A DNA stretch of 64,000 nt, taken from Podarcis pityusensis. Lineage: Eukaryota. Position 1 is the first letter of the stretch; each line of letters begins with the position of its first letter. The stretch is taken from the NCBI GenBank assembly GCA_964106645.2, contig OZ067049.1, one strand, 5' to 3'. Below, piece after piece: positions 24,998-38,396 of this stretch. The notes under the pieces were generated by a model, which saw only the letters and a list, made by a program, of their open reading frames with translations, was not told the DNA's origin and made no database searches. Both the position numbers and the translations under genes were made by a program.

Positions 24998-26259
24998 TAT
25001 TTGCTTTCTTATTTATGTATTAATTCATTGCATTTATTGCATTTATATGCCATTTTTTCCTTCAAGGACCTTCAGGAGGGTGTGCCCATGGTTCTCCCTT
25101 TCCCTGTTTTATCCCCACAATAACTCTGTGAGGTAGGGAGACAGCGACTAGCCCAAGGTCACCCAATGAATTTCATGGCTGAATGGGGATTCAGGTTGTG
25201 GTCGACACCCTCCTAGTTGCACCTCACTAGTTTTCTGGGCAATGACGTCTCTTGCAGGGACGTGGCAGGTCAGGCCCACGAGGAAGCACAATCTGGACAG
25301 GTGTTAGAGAACTCGTGAGAGCAGAACATATAATATTATACGGCCGCTTCCCTGCGTAAAAGAGGGATTCTGTGAATCAGTCCTGCGTCAAGTGGCTCAA
25401 GTGATCATCCGCGTGTTTTCTTCTCCAGAAAATCCTCTTTACTACAGCTGTGCAATGAATGCAACTGGTTCAGCTTGCTTTACACTTCAAGTTCCAGAGC
25501 CCAAAATAGCCGCAATTATACACTAAGGGGAGTCAGTTGCTTAAACAGGGCCAAACTACATGTTTCTGCTAATTGCCTTTTTTTGAACATGTGCCCAACA
25601 CCTGTCAGGAGCCTTTTTCAACAAAAAGCAGCCACAGGGGAGGGAGGGTGACGGGGTCCGTGGCATAGGGAACATTGTGGGGTGGCTGGATTAACCCTGA
25701 AGGTGCTGAGGAAAATATCAGTTTGGGGAGGTGATGGGTGGGGGGCAAAACTGTGCTGCAGGAAATGTTTTTAAAGCTCTGTCTCTATGCTGTGGTTCTG
25801 ATCCACATCACTCCCCCCTCCCCTGCTGCTATTCCTAGTTTCCAAGAAGTACCGGTAAGTCTTGTGCTTATTTCTGACTGAATACTTTGCAAAACATGCT
25901 GGGCTTTAACAGCATCTTTGGCCAGCTGAAATGCAACCTTCAGTTTTTAATTTGAAATGCAAATGATCCTGCAAAGGAATGCTACCATTTAGAGTGATGT
26001 AGGAACCCTGTCAAAGAAAAGAAAGGAAGTATCATGCCTTTGCTTGATTATTTCCCATCTTCCCCGACTTCCTTCTAGGATAACCTGTACCAAATAAACT
26101 TGGAAGCCTCATTATTACCTCATTTACCTGCCAGAGCAAGGAGGCTCTGTGACTTGCCCTGATGATCTGGAAGATAAGGCCATCACTCCACCTCTGAAAT
26201 CAAGTTCCTGAACTGTGCTCTCCTGCACGCCTCCACCATTTGGGTGTCTTATACTAGGT

Positions 26260-26760
26260 TGTCATGGACAGGCTGGATGCAGAAGAGTGGTGGGAGGCAT
26301 CAGCTGGGGAACCCCCAGGAGAAGAAGACTCCAGAACCAGGGGATTGGTGGTGGGATGACAATGAGTGGACAGAGGGAGAAGAGAAGGAAGACTGGGAGG
26401 AGGAGGTGTCGAAAGCTGAAGGGGTACAGGGTTTGGTGAACAGGAAGAGGCTGTTGCAGAGAGCAGTCCAGAAGTGGAGGCAGAAGAGAAGGTTGGGTGG
26501 GCGGCAGGAGATAGAGAGGAAGGCTGCTGAAGAAGACAGAGAGTCTCCCCCTCCTGCTGTGACCAGCTCCCCTCCCCTCCGGTCACCAAGAACCCCAAGA
26601 GAAATGAAGAGGGCAGAGTAGAAGGGGTTTGTGTGCAGGCACAGTTTGTGATTGCTTGGGAAAGACCCTGGAGAGGAGGAGGCTTAGAAAGTCAGTTCTC
26701 ACAATTGTCTCATTGGAGCAAGACCTACTGAGTAGAGTTGCTGGGATCACCAGGCCTGCA
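26260..26760 (+). mobile_element. Partial LTR-like repeat (Gypsy-type), purine-rich
   Basis: Begins TGTCATGGAC; GA-rich body like squamate Gypsy LTRs; 3' end and TSD not resolved. Confidence 0.45.
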
Positions 26761-26804
26761 CTGTTTGGGTATCTTGCATGCATGCATGCATGCATGAATG
26801 AATA

Positions 26805-29160
26805 ATTAATGCTTATAATGCACCCATCTGGCTGGGTTGCCCCAGCGCCTCTGGGTGGCTTCCAACACATACTAAAAACATAACAGAACGTCAAATATTT
26901 AAAACTTCCCAATACAGACTTCCGGGTTAGCGCCATTGGCGAATGGCGGAGTTCCTCCGACCGGAGGAACTAGCTCCGTGAAAACTGGGTCTTCCCGCCG
27001 TAGCGAAGGCGGGGACCCGCTAGAAATCCCAGGCGGAGGAAGCTTGGGAACGTGGGGTTCGGCAGGGCACCAGGAGCGCCCCCCCTACTCACCGGGAACC
27101 CCATTTTGGGGCGCCGGAGCGAAGTGGGGTGAGCGGCGCGGTGCTGCGAACTGATTGCTACTTTCACGGAGTGAAGCCGCACAGCCATTGCCAGAGAGCG
27201 CTGACTTTTTCCTGTGGACAATTGGATTTAAAACAAGTACCCGTGAGTAGAAACGGAAAATTGGATCAAGAAATATCTTAATTTGGCATCGAAGCGGGAA
27301 GGTTCAAAACAGGAAGTCCACCTTCTGCTTTTTGTATATAGACTAAAGCAAAAACCTTGTAAGCTAAAGCCTGGAAAGTCGTTAAAAAAGTCTAAATTTC
27401 CTTCATTTATAACTACTGAAACCCCCTTGGAAGCAGGAGAAAAGGGGGGGGGACTTTGTTTAACCCCTGCAGGAGAGGGAGTGAAGAAAGATATGTTTTC
27501 ACCGTCTCTAACCTGGGAACGGGGTGTCAGAGACAGAAATAGTTGGAGAGGTTCATTGACTGTGAATGGAATACTTTGACAGATAGCTAAAGAAGAGAAA
27601 TAAACTGATTCCAATGTTGCCTTTTGCATTCTAAAGAAACAAAATATCTGAAAAATGAAAGTAATTTTCCTTTGCTGGACTTGCCTTAAAAAAAATGGAT
27701 ACAAATAGAAATTGTCTCCTCTAGAGGGAGCTTGTTAAATTGTTGCTGCAGTCTACTTGAGGACTCGACAGCTGTGAGATTAAGATCGTGGGACCAGTCT
27801 TTTTTGACCTTGACTAAATATGAGGGAGGAAGTTTGGGTGCTTGCTTTATGCAAGACAAGTGCCTTGTTGGAACAGATGCATGAGAAGATGGATTTGATG
27901 AATGAGAAAATTGACTTGATGACTGTTGTGGTTAATAACTGTGGACAAACAGGGAATATTGATACAGAAACCATTCAGGGACCAACTCATGAACCTGTAC
28001 TGACTGGGCAAGTGCAGAAGATAATGGAGGAGGATGCGGTTGCACCTCAAATAATACAAATGGAGAGACCCGAGGCCCTACAGGAGCATAAGCTGCTGTC
28101 ATCGAAGATTGAAGTTGGAGTGGGCCAGGGGGAGTCTGGAGCTGAGGAGGTTCTTAATTTTGGAGAGACTTTGAAATATGCTTTTAAATACTTTTTGGAT
28201 TACATTGATGACTGTGGGGAGTGGGACTGTGGGGAATGGGCTGGTTTGATGAAGGGAGATGGAGATAATTTTGGGTTGGAATCCCCCAGAGACCTACTCC
28301 TCAATGAGAAAGGAAAGAAATTAAGAAAGAGACCAACAAAAGACAAGGAAAAGGGCAAGTATAAACAAGAAGAAGAAGATCTGCAGAAGGGACATGGAAG
28401 AGACTTAAGGGCCTCGGACATAAGATTACCAGGTTGATGGACTAGATGGAATGGACAGTAAGGACTGACACGACCCGAGACCAGGAAGAAGAGACGTTGG
28501 ATGAAGACTGGAAGAAAATTTATAAAGAAATTTTTTTTCCCTAGGGAATTGGCCTAAAATTAATGAATATTAGGGAAAATGTTGGAATGAAACTATATGA
28601 CTTTAGTAGAAATGATATCAGGAGTTATGTATAATCGAGTATTAAGCTTTAAGTTTTAAAGTATTTTACGGTAAGATAAGGTTAAATAAACTAAGGTAAT
28701 TTGAATAACAGAACATGGGGAAAAGATGGAAAGGATTTGTTGAGTTAATTAATAGGTTAAATTGTTAAGATAAATTATTTAATGAAAATTGAGAAAGATG
28801 GAAAGAATTTGCTGAAATAACTAATCAAATTAGAATACAAAAAGGGAGGTGTGAGGAGGTCAACGAAACAAGCAAATGGAAGTTAAAGATATGTAATATG
28901 GGATTTGTGTTTTTTTTCTTTTCTTTTTGTATTTTTTTTGCTGTATTGTTGTATTGGTTTTTGTGTTTTGCTTTTTTCCCCTTCCTTTTTATGTATTGTA
29001 GTGTTGTTTTTAATTTTTTCTCCCCCCCCCCGTAATTCTGAAATCTTTAATAATTTTTTTTTTTTTAAAAAAACAACTTCCCAATACAGGGCTGCCTTCA
29101 GATGTCTTCTAAAAGTTTTGTCGTTCTTTATCTCCTTGACATCTGATGGGAGGGCAGCCA
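26805..29160 (-). mobile_element. L2-type 3'-end fragment split by the 26918-29074 insertion (host parts ~26805-26917 and ~29075-29160)
   Basis: The two halves join into a sequence collinear with the uninterrupted copy at 62755-62975 (CCCATCTGGCTGGGTT...AAAACTTCCC..ACAGGG..GCCTTCAG...TTGACATCTG..GGGAGGGC). Confidence 0.75.
26918..29074 (+). mobile_element. Non-autonomous L1-derived retroelement (~2.16 kb) with 15-bp TSD
   Basis: Exact TSD AACTTCCCAATACAG at 26903-26917 and 29075-29089; CpG-rich 5' end starting (G)ACTTCCGG; 205-aa ORF 27820-28437; short ORF2-C-terminus-like remnant; T/A-rich tail; no EN or RT. Confidence 0.8.
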
Positions 29161-32018
29161 GCATCTGCCAAGAACGCTGCTGCTGCCATAGTTAAGCCCA
29201 TCCCTCCTACAAACTTTTTAATTATTTCGTCTCCTGAAAAATTGCCAATGTGCCCATTGGGGGGGGGGCAGTTTGCTCAGCTCTGGCGTTACCCACACTG
29301 CAGTTAAATTGCCACAAATCAAGGTTTACTCAGGAAACGCTGCTCAAATGCAATGGACCAGCAAGGACATTGTGTGCCACTCTGTAGAAAAGTGAGCAAC
29401 ATTCCAAAGGTCGGCGATTCCAATGGAAAGGACCAGGATGAGAGCAACCCTGGGCAATGCTGCCATGGCAAGGAGAACATTCTGTGGACTCTTCCTGTGT
29501 GACCTGGTGGAGTTTCAGACATAAGCTTCCTGATGCAGGAAGGAGCCATGCTAGTTTGTCACCTGGATCACACACCTGGTGCGCTTCCAGACTGTTGCTA
29601 TTTTGGGGTCAGATTCAGTCACGCACTGGCAAAATCAGGTTGCGCAGTTGTAGTAGATTGAGAGCTCTTGCCCCAAACACCCACCTTCCCCAAAGAATGG
29701 GCTTCCTTTGCAGTAGGGAGGGTGATGGGGGAATACACCAGGAAGGCTTTCTTTGATGGAAATACCCTGAGATCTACGGATAAAGGGTAGTGTACAAATT
29801 TAATAAATAGTAAATAATAACACTCCCCCCACAAAGAGACCTGAAAAAATGCATATTAAATTGTTGACGTTATCTATTCTTCCTGCAAACAAATCAGGAT
29901 AAATACTCAATGAACAGAATCTGAAGGGCTCAGCACACCTCGTCACCTTTTATTGATTTATTTCACAAGGTTTTATATACTGCTTAAACAGGAAAAAAAC
30001 CTGAAGTGGTTTATAGCAACAAAATAAAACATATGCAAGAAAGTACTTATAATGAATACTTTAAAAAACAAGTAGATGTATTGTAATTTATCAAAATATA
30101 GGTAAAAATCAACAGTTTTTCGAACCTCAGCCCCCTCAATTGGGGGGGGGGGCTCAACCCCCTGCCCACCAATACTGAGGGGGCTGAAGCCCCTTCCACC
30201 CCCTATAGTTGGTGCTCCTGTTGGCTAACATTTATAGGCATGGAATTCCAGAGATTAGGTGCTGCCCCACGAAAGAATGAATTCCTTGCAATTGCAGGGT
30301 TGTTTAGTTGTTTGTGGTCTGTTCTACACATTCAACACAATGCAGAGCAGTAATATGCTAGAGGTATTGGGGGGCATGGAGCTGGCTAGAGTGGACTGCA
30401 TAACATTAGGTTGCAAGTGGGGGATCTCATTTTTGAATGCTCCCCCTTTGGTAAAAGAAAAGAAATTCACAAAAATAGAAAACCAGCGCAACAGGAAAGG
30501 GCTAGAATACTTCTCTCTAATGTGATAGTCTTCTATTTGTAGTTTGTTGTTTACATGGAGAAGTATTCAAAATCAGAATGCCACCCCTCCTCCTCCTGTC
30601 GTCTACAGTGGTACAGTTCAGCCTATTGCTTCAGCCTTCTATCTCTCATTACTCTCCTATGGAAGAGGGACTATGGAATCTCCACAAACGTTCACACACC
30701 ATCAGAAAAGCAGCACCGGCACACACTGCCCCGCTTTTTAAAACCCAGCACGGCCACTTATTTTCCCATTGGCATGGTGTATCTGTGCCTGGAACTCCAC
30801 CCGTCATATATTACATGTGTGCCAGCTTGCACGTGTGCCAATGTTCAAGGTGCAGGAAAACAATAGACATGGAGGGGGGTGCTAAAAAGTGAAAGTGCAA
30901 GCCCATTTTTCCAAGCACCTGATCTCAAAATGCACCCTTCAGAGATGCGTTGATCTTCTTCTCCTCCTTTTTAAAAAATGAACAAAATTATGAAAAGTCA
31001 GCAGTGTTAACAGATAAAGGAATAAATAGGTCAGAGGCACAAAATGTGCTAGAGGGCAGCTTGAGTTTTGATATGGCAGGCTTTTGACTTTCAAGGAGTT
31101 CCTCTGCCCGCCTGGGGAGGGCTGGGGGTGGGGTGTGCCACTCAGTGACTAATCCTTTGGCCACTGGCTCACACAAACATGTTTTTAAGCTCTTTGTGCA
31201 ATCGGCAGGGAAGGAACACGTTGTTCTCTTTGGCACCCGCCCAATATAACTTGTGAGAATGGAAGAACAATGCCAAGCAAGAAACGACAGCTTCTGCAAC
31301 GGGCTCTGCAAAGCGGAGCAATGTATGTTTACCAAGCATTAGCATCTCAACCTTCCCACCCCCAAATAAGGGATGGAAAAAAGAAATAGAAAGCGGAACA
31401 AGGCAGAAGCGGCAGCTTCTGGCAGAGAACTTGTTTCCTCCTCCTGAAGGTTATTTTCAGCAGTTTTGTAACTTGTATTTACAGCATTGTCTTCTGGATC
31501 GCTCCCTGTTCACCTGACAAAAGAGTCTGCCGCTGATTTAAACCACTCAATTAATTTCCATGCGTCTGGAGCTAAGAGATACCAATGGGAGGCAGGCTTA
31601 ACTTTCCCTTTTTATGCTCGCAGCCTCAAAACAGCTGGAATAATCTTCCGGCTTTATTGAAACGGGCTCCCATATTGCCAAACATTAGGACACCCTTAAT
31701 CCTTCCGTTTTAAAAAGCCTGGCTGTGCCGCATAAACAGAAGCTGCATGGCTGTTAGGGACAGCTCTGAGGCCTTTTCCTCCTGTTTACACATGCAGGAT
31801 TTCAGCTGCTACCACGCATAGTTGGGATGAGACACTGAAAGGGGGGGGCGGATTTAAGCAGGGCAAATTGGTTCTGGAACCCTGCATCCTCGGGATTTGC
31901 AGGCTGGGTTCCCTCCAACTGAAGTCAAGTCAAGGTTCTCCAAGGGGACAGTGTTGTTGTTGTTGTTTCTAAGAAGGGCAAATGATTCCTAGGGGAATAT
32001 GAAACACTTTCCTGACTA

Positions 32019-32582
32019 AGTGGTGGTGTTGTTTAGTTGTGTCCAACTCTTCGTGACCCCATGGACCAGAGCACGCCAGGCACTCCTGTCTTCCACTGCC
32101 TCCCGCAGTTTGGTCAAACTCGTGTTGGAAGCTTTGAGAACACTGTCCAACCATCTCATCCTCTGTCATCCCCTTCTCCTTGTGCCCTCCATCTTTCCCA
32201 ACATCAGAGTCTTTTCCAGGGAGTCTTCTCTTCTCATGAGGTGGCCAACGTATTGGAGCCTCAACTTCACGATCTTCCTTCCAGTGAGCACTCAGGGCTG
32301 ATTTCCTTAAGAATGGAGAGGTTTGATCTTCTTGCAGTCCATGGGACTCTCAAGAGTCTCCCCCAGCACCATAATTCAAAAGCATCAATTCTTCGGCGAT
32401 CAGCCTTCTTTATGGTCCAGCTTTCACTTCCATACATCCCTACTGGGAAAACCATAGCTTTGACTATACGGACCTTTGTTGGCAAGGTGATGTCTCTGCT
32501 TTTTAAGATGCTGTCTAGGTTTGTCATTGCTTTTCTCCCAAGAAGCAGGCGTCTTTTAATTTCGTGACTGCTGTCACCATCT
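32019..32582 (-). mobile_element. RTE-BovB LINE 3' fragment
   Basis: DGDSSHEIKRRLLLGRKAMTNLDSILKSRDITLPTKVRIVKAMVFPV...ESWTIKKADRRRIDAFELWCW is characteristic of BovB; CAA-like tail. Confidence 0.93.
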
Positions 32583-32659
32583 GGAGATGGGTGGGACCAG
32601 AGGGAAAAGTGAGCGGAGTAAGGAAGGTAAGTTTTTCTTTTGTACAGTAGTCTAGTTTC

Positions 32660-32675
32660 TACACACACACACACA

Positions 32676-32714
<39 letters not shown>
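32660..32714. repeat. (CA)n microsatellite
   Basis: About 27 units with one GA interruption. Confidence 0.95.
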
Positions 32715-32720
<6 letters not shown>

Positions 32721-34708
32721 CTCTTTTCTATCCTCCATCCAGCAAGAGGCACTAACACATGGCTACTGGGCAAAAGCACTGAAGGAGAGTACAGAGCAGA
32801 GCTGTTGAGGGGTGTGCCCTAGGGAGTCAAGGTGTGGCTGACAGGTGAAGCCCAGGGAGGGCAAGATAGGCAGGTCTGGAGGTCCACATTTGGCTCTGAT
32901 GCCTGAGGTTGCCCTCCCCTATATTAAATGGATGTGAACTTACAGTACCCAGGATGCTACATGACCACTTGGAGGAATGGTATTTACAAGAAAGGTCTTG
33001 CCCATTTTGATTGCTGGTCCTGGAAATAGAGTGAGGGAATCATAAGAACATAAGAGGGCCCTGCTGGGTCAGATCAAAGGTCTATCTTGTCCAGTATTTT
33101 GTTGTCATATTGGGCGACAAGCTGCCTTTCTGCCAGCATACTAGAGGCTCATCTGGGGTTTCAAGTGCCATCCTGTGGCAGGCAGAACTCTCCGCCAGCA
33201 AAGCAGCATTCATGCCACTTCCAGTGGCCTCTCAGCTGAATTTTGGCCAGCTTTGGGGTTTCCCTGTCCTTTTCAGAGTTTGTTGCAGAAACCAAATTGC
33301 TGGCTCCAAAGGAGCATAAGAATCTGCCTTGTACCAGCTCAAAACATTAGTCTGTCTACACTGACTGGTAGCAGCTCACCAGGGTTTTAGGCAGGACACA
33401 ACCTGAATACTACCTGGAAATCCCAGGGATTGGATTTGAGAGCTTCTCCTTGCAAAGTAGATGGTCTGGCACTAAGCTGCAGCTTTTCTGAATCGGGTCA
33501 GTGTTTTGTCCTCCTAGATACTCTTGCAGAAGCTGACAACTATTTGTTCTCTTCTTCAAGAGTTTTGGTCTGTCTCAGTTTGAGATCAGCTGTCCTATAT
33601 AATAGAAGGCATATTAATCATTATTGCCACTCTCTTCTGTCGGCTCTGGTACACAAGGAATGATAACAATACAACAAAAGTACTTATTTTAGCCTGAGGC
33701 TGCCAGGCATGTCAACAACTTAGCTAAATATATAGAGAGAACAAGCCTTCCTGCCAGGAGAAATCAGAACAGGGAGGAACTCCTTTGAAAATCTTTGCTT
33801 TCTATGAAGGGTAGACCCATGCTTTTTATAAAGAAGAAGAAGAGAAGGCCCTGTAATGCCTTGCTGACAGTAATCTGTGGAGATGGTGATTTAAAGGCAA
33901 GACTCATTTGTACTTCTCCATGCCTGGGTGGAATATAGATTATCTGAGAATGAAGCAAGGAGAGAAAAATTATGAGGCACCCTTACCATTAAACACCAGT
34001 CTGAATTAGTGAATTAGGGCATTTTCAGACAACCGGCTCATTAAGCATCAATCCTGATTTGTTTACAAGGCATTTAGATGATGTTATCCCACACTTTCCC
34101 ATGCATTTCCTCAACATTTTCCTTGCTGCAAGACATTCAGTCTTTTGGGGAGGAAGGTTTGTTGTACTAGACCTCTCAGTCAACTTTAATTGCACAACCT
34201 GAATTTGCTGGTATGCTATCAAATCCCACCTGAAAATGTTCAGAAGTGGTCTTGGATCCTTTTTAAGTTGCTAAATAATGTAAATGAACATGCTGTTTAA
34301 AAACCCTTTAACATTTCAGCTGGATTTGATGTTCTTCTTGTATGTTGGTCGCGACTCCTTGAGGATGCACATGCTCAGAAGCAAAAGATTCCTATTCTGA
34401 ACTTTCCTATCAGCAAAGTGTTTCCATATATTATCTTTCCTTTTCTGTGATTAATTTCAAAGAGTATTACTTCCCTTTTACCCAGTTAAATAAATCTTGG
34501 TATGTTGTTGTAGGGAAGAAAAAAGAAAAACAAGAGTCTTGTCGCAGCTTAAAGAATAACAGATTTATTGCAGCATTGCCTTGCGTGGAATAGAGCCAGC
34601 TTTGTTACTGAACTGGAACAAAGAGAGACAAATAAAGGGTGACTAGAAAATGAACGGAAAGTTAGAACACATTAGGTGAACTGGGCCCCAAATTAACATA
34701 TATATTGT

Positions 34709-34831
34709 CAGTGCTATTTTTCTAGAAAAAGAGGTGCCGGAACTCATCATGAAATGCCTCCCTTGTTCTCTTAGAATGCCAGTGGTGCCCACCTGAGAGG
34801 TGCCGGAACTGAGTTCTGGAAAAAAAGCCCT
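34709..34831. mobile_element. Short hAT-like MITE
   Basis: CAGTGCTATTTTTCTAG...GGAAAAAAAGCCCT termini; partial TSD (TATATTGT / TATTGT); related to 7789-7921. Confidence 0.5.
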
Positions 34832-34833
34832 AT

Positions 34834-35310
34834 TGTTATGAGCTTTTTGGAAGTAGGCTGTATGCTGAGACCCTTCTAACCCTTGGATCCAGCGAGTGGT
34901 GAGGTGATTGCTTGGGTGATGGGCCATTAGGGGGAACAAAGGAATGGGGCTCTGTGTGAAATGGCAAATGGGTTGGGGTGTCCTCCCCCAACTCACAGAT
35001 GGTTAGAAAGACAGAGCCAGAGTTTAGAGTTGAAAATGGCAATGATGCGAGCTAGAGAAAAAGCAGCAAGCTGAAGAGAGAGTCAGAGTGATGTTTGATT
35101 TCTGTTTGAATTCAAGGCTTTGACTAAGGGAGAAACAAGACCCTTTTGGGGTGTTAAGACTGGGAACCCCTCCATCGCTGCCTCAGGTTGCATATATGTG
35201 TAAATAAACCATATGTCAAAATGACACCACAGCCTCTGCTGTGTCTCATCCCCAAAGGGAAACATGAACCCGGGGAAAGCACCTAGAAGCCCTGGAATCT
35301 CACACCACAA
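34834..35310 (+). mobile_element. Possible solo LTR
   Basis: TGTTATGA start, AATAAA at ~35203, CA-rich end; boundaries and TSD not established. Confidence 0.3.
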
Positions 35311-37377
35311 TACGCTTCTCAGGGTACTGGCAGTGGAGACTGGTGTATTGGGGCGAGTGGGGTTCTGCCTTACCAACTTCAGTCTACCCTCAGCTATCCA
35401 AGCATTCCTTTTAGAGGTGAGAGGATCTTTTGTTTTCTTTCTGCCCCATTGGAAGACATGGGGCTATAGCAGACAAGAAGGCAGAGTCCCACAATTTAAA
35501 ATAAAAGCTCAGGAGAGAGAGAGGTTTCTGAGAGCATATCTGCGCAGCCTGAAATACAACATCAAAATGCAGTTCAGCGTTGTTGTTTTTTCTTTTTTGA
35601 AGAGGAGCTTGAAAGCTTGTTCCTCTTCTATAACACATCTCCTCCTCATTTTGAATCTCGATTTCTGGGCACACTTGTATCAAGCAATGCAAAAGTCCTG
35701 CTAGCGTTGGCACAAGAAAGAGGCAGAAGGTTACCTGCCAACACCACATGGTAGCTCCATTTGTCACGTTCGATGGAGGCTGTGTGCAACTTCTGGGTTT
35801 GCCAAAAGCTTCAAGAGACACACACAGAGCTTCTGCTCAATCAATGAGTCATTGAACTACCCACTAGGTACTTTTGCGCTTCAAGCATGGTATTATTTTT
35901 CATAGCTAACTTCACTGCAGTGTGGCTGCCTCGCACTCCCTTATTGACTGAACCAAGAAAAAACAACTATATTTTCACAGTACACCCTCGGTTATTTCCC
36001 AATGGGCAGCAACACTGATGACAAAAGAATGACTCTAAAGATAAACCTTTGAATTGCCCTATATATATATATTTAAAAAAAACCTGGCTATATCAAGTGC
36101 TTCATTCTCTAATTGTTGGTTTTGGGGCCCTGACTCTCATATAGAATTATGGGGTCCTTGCATTGAGATGTTAGGCTTTCTTCCATCACTGTTGTGAAAC
36201 TTACAGCAGCTGGTGATTATTTCTAGGTTATGGAGAATGGGGCCAAATGAAAGATCCATGCAATGCAATATTATAGGAATGCACTCATTACAACAAGCTC
36301 AGAAGCCTCTGAGACTGCCGTTGAGGGATGAGTAGACTGTGGTCCTACAAAGGGTGGTGGATTATAACTCCCAAGATCTTTGGCTACTCCGGCTGGAGCT
36401 GATGGGAGGAGTTGGAACCCAACAACATCTGGAGGGCCACAGATTCCCCTTCCATGGTGTAGTCAGACATTTATAAAGTGGCAAAAATATATTCATTTCT
36501 GGATATTCAGTTTGGGAGGAGCAATATGGACTTGGTTCCATTGCTGTGCCTGGAAATGCAAGTTTTAGGGGTAGGCTGAAGTGCTTTATATAAATGTTTT
36601 CTTGTGAGAAAACTCCACCCCACGCTTTGAAAAAAAGTATTTGTTCTAACAAGGGTAATTGTCTGGAAATTGATGGAAGTCATTCAGTTGCCCCCTGAAG
36701 AAGGCTGCAGCGTGACATTATGGTAAACCATGGTTTATTGTGATGGGAATGAGCCAACACTCTCTCCCCAGTCCACAGACTTATGGACTTCCCACTTTCA
36801 TCTTCCTGGCATGGCTACCAGCAAAACTTTCCTGATTAATTACAGTTTATCATTCTGCCTGAACCCCAAACTGTGGCTAATCTTAACTATGGTTTGTTTG
36901 AAACAAGCCAGCTCCATAAACTAGTTCGAAGATGGTTTGTTTCAAATAAAGTTTGATTTAAAAAAGGACTAAATAAAGTTTGTTGGGTTCAGATGACACA
37001 GCAAGCTGTGGTTAACCAAACATGCAAGTGGAAACTTCTAAACCTCTCCATGTGGATGGGAAACATTCACTCAGGAAGTGACTAGACTACCGTAATTTCT
37101 GTCATGCCTAATAATGGTTTACAACCATCAGAGAGCCCTATGAGTTAAAGGACATTAGGCATATTGGCTGACTTCTTAACCTGCAGCTTTGAATGTGGCT
37201 TACTCTGAACGTTGTTCTGTTTTTTGGGGCAGGGAGTGGTGGTTATCGGCTCATTATCCAACAGGGAGCACATTGATGTAGGGTTGTCACCTGCTGAATA
37301 CAAGTCAAGGTACCAATTTGAATTCATTTAATAAGTAGTATGGGCAACATGGCTTTAGCTTGACAGCATGGTTTAGC

Positions 37378-37622
37378 TCATGGGTAGGTAAACTAAGGCC
37401 TGGGGCCCCGGATCCGGCCCAATCGCCTTCTAAATCCGGCCAGCAGATGGTCTGGGAATCAGCGGGTTTTTACATGAGTAGAATGTGTGCTTTTACTTAA
37501 AATGCATCTCTGGGTTATTTGTGGTGCATAGGAATTCATTCATCCCCCCCGCCAAATATAGTCCAGCCCCCCCACAAGGTCTGAGGGACAGTGGACTGGC
37601 CCACTGCTGAAAAAGTTTGCTA
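37378..37622. mobile_element. hAT-Charlie-like MITE (degenerate)
   Basis: CATGGGTAGGTAAAC start, repeated GGCCC subterminal motifs, AAAAAGTTTGCT end. Confidence 0.55.
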
Positions 37623-37850
37623 AATAGGAACAAGGTGGCCCCCAACTAAAGCTCAGGATTCTGTACCATGGATTCGCTGTCTGGCCTTGGGCATTTTTGT
37701 GGGGTGTGAAACACAGAGCAGTAAAATACAACATTCCTAGAGTGGACGTAAAAAGGGGACCAGCCAGTCGGAACCCACAATTTTATATTTCTAGTCTGTT
37801 TCCCATCTGGGAAGCAGAAACAGCAGCAACCTAGAAGGATGATGTTGCTG

Positions 37851-37853
<3 letters not shown>

Positions 37854-37883
<30 letters not shown>
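37854..37883. repeat. (TG)n microsatellite
   Basis: About 15 perfect units. Confidence 0.95.
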
Positions 37884-37886
<3 letters not shown>

Positions 37887-38396
37887 ACCTGTTGTCAGGA
37901 TCCAAAAGAAACCCACATATTGAAAAAGAACTTTGTAATGAATTATTCCCGAATTTGCTGAATCAAGTGGCACACACTTGTATACTTTGAACTCCACTCA
38001 TCCCTGCCCACTCTCCCTTAAGCTAGCTATTACAGCTGTTATCTGGAGACATTGCCCCAGGAAGGTGGTGTTCCTAAGCTGCCTTATCTGAAAGTTTCCC
38101 TTTATGTAACCTAGTTATATAAGGTGATGTAACAAGACCTTTTTTAAAAAATGAGTTCCTTGAAAGTTTGCAAAGCAAACAAGTGCACGGCAAAGGGCAA
38201 AGTATTTCTAATCAAAAGGTAGACAGGCACTATATAAAGCAGAGAGAGGCTGTGAACAGCTGTAGAATAAGCCTTAGAAACGAATTTCAAGTTATGATTG
38301 TGCAATGTATACATAGATTGATGAATTGTTTGCACAGGGTTTTTGAAAAACTGGCAAGGACTTACATGGACCTTTAAAAAAAAATAAAGCTTCTTT

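Noticed and set aside
26244-26621. Glu/Trp-rich 125-aa ORF
   Set aside because: Lies in a purine-rich LTR-like repeat; non-ATG start; no splice context or domain.
32037-32567. 176-aa + strand ORF, and similar antisense ORFs over the L2, CR1 and Rex1 copies
   Set aside because: Antisense shadows of LINE ORF2 fragments.
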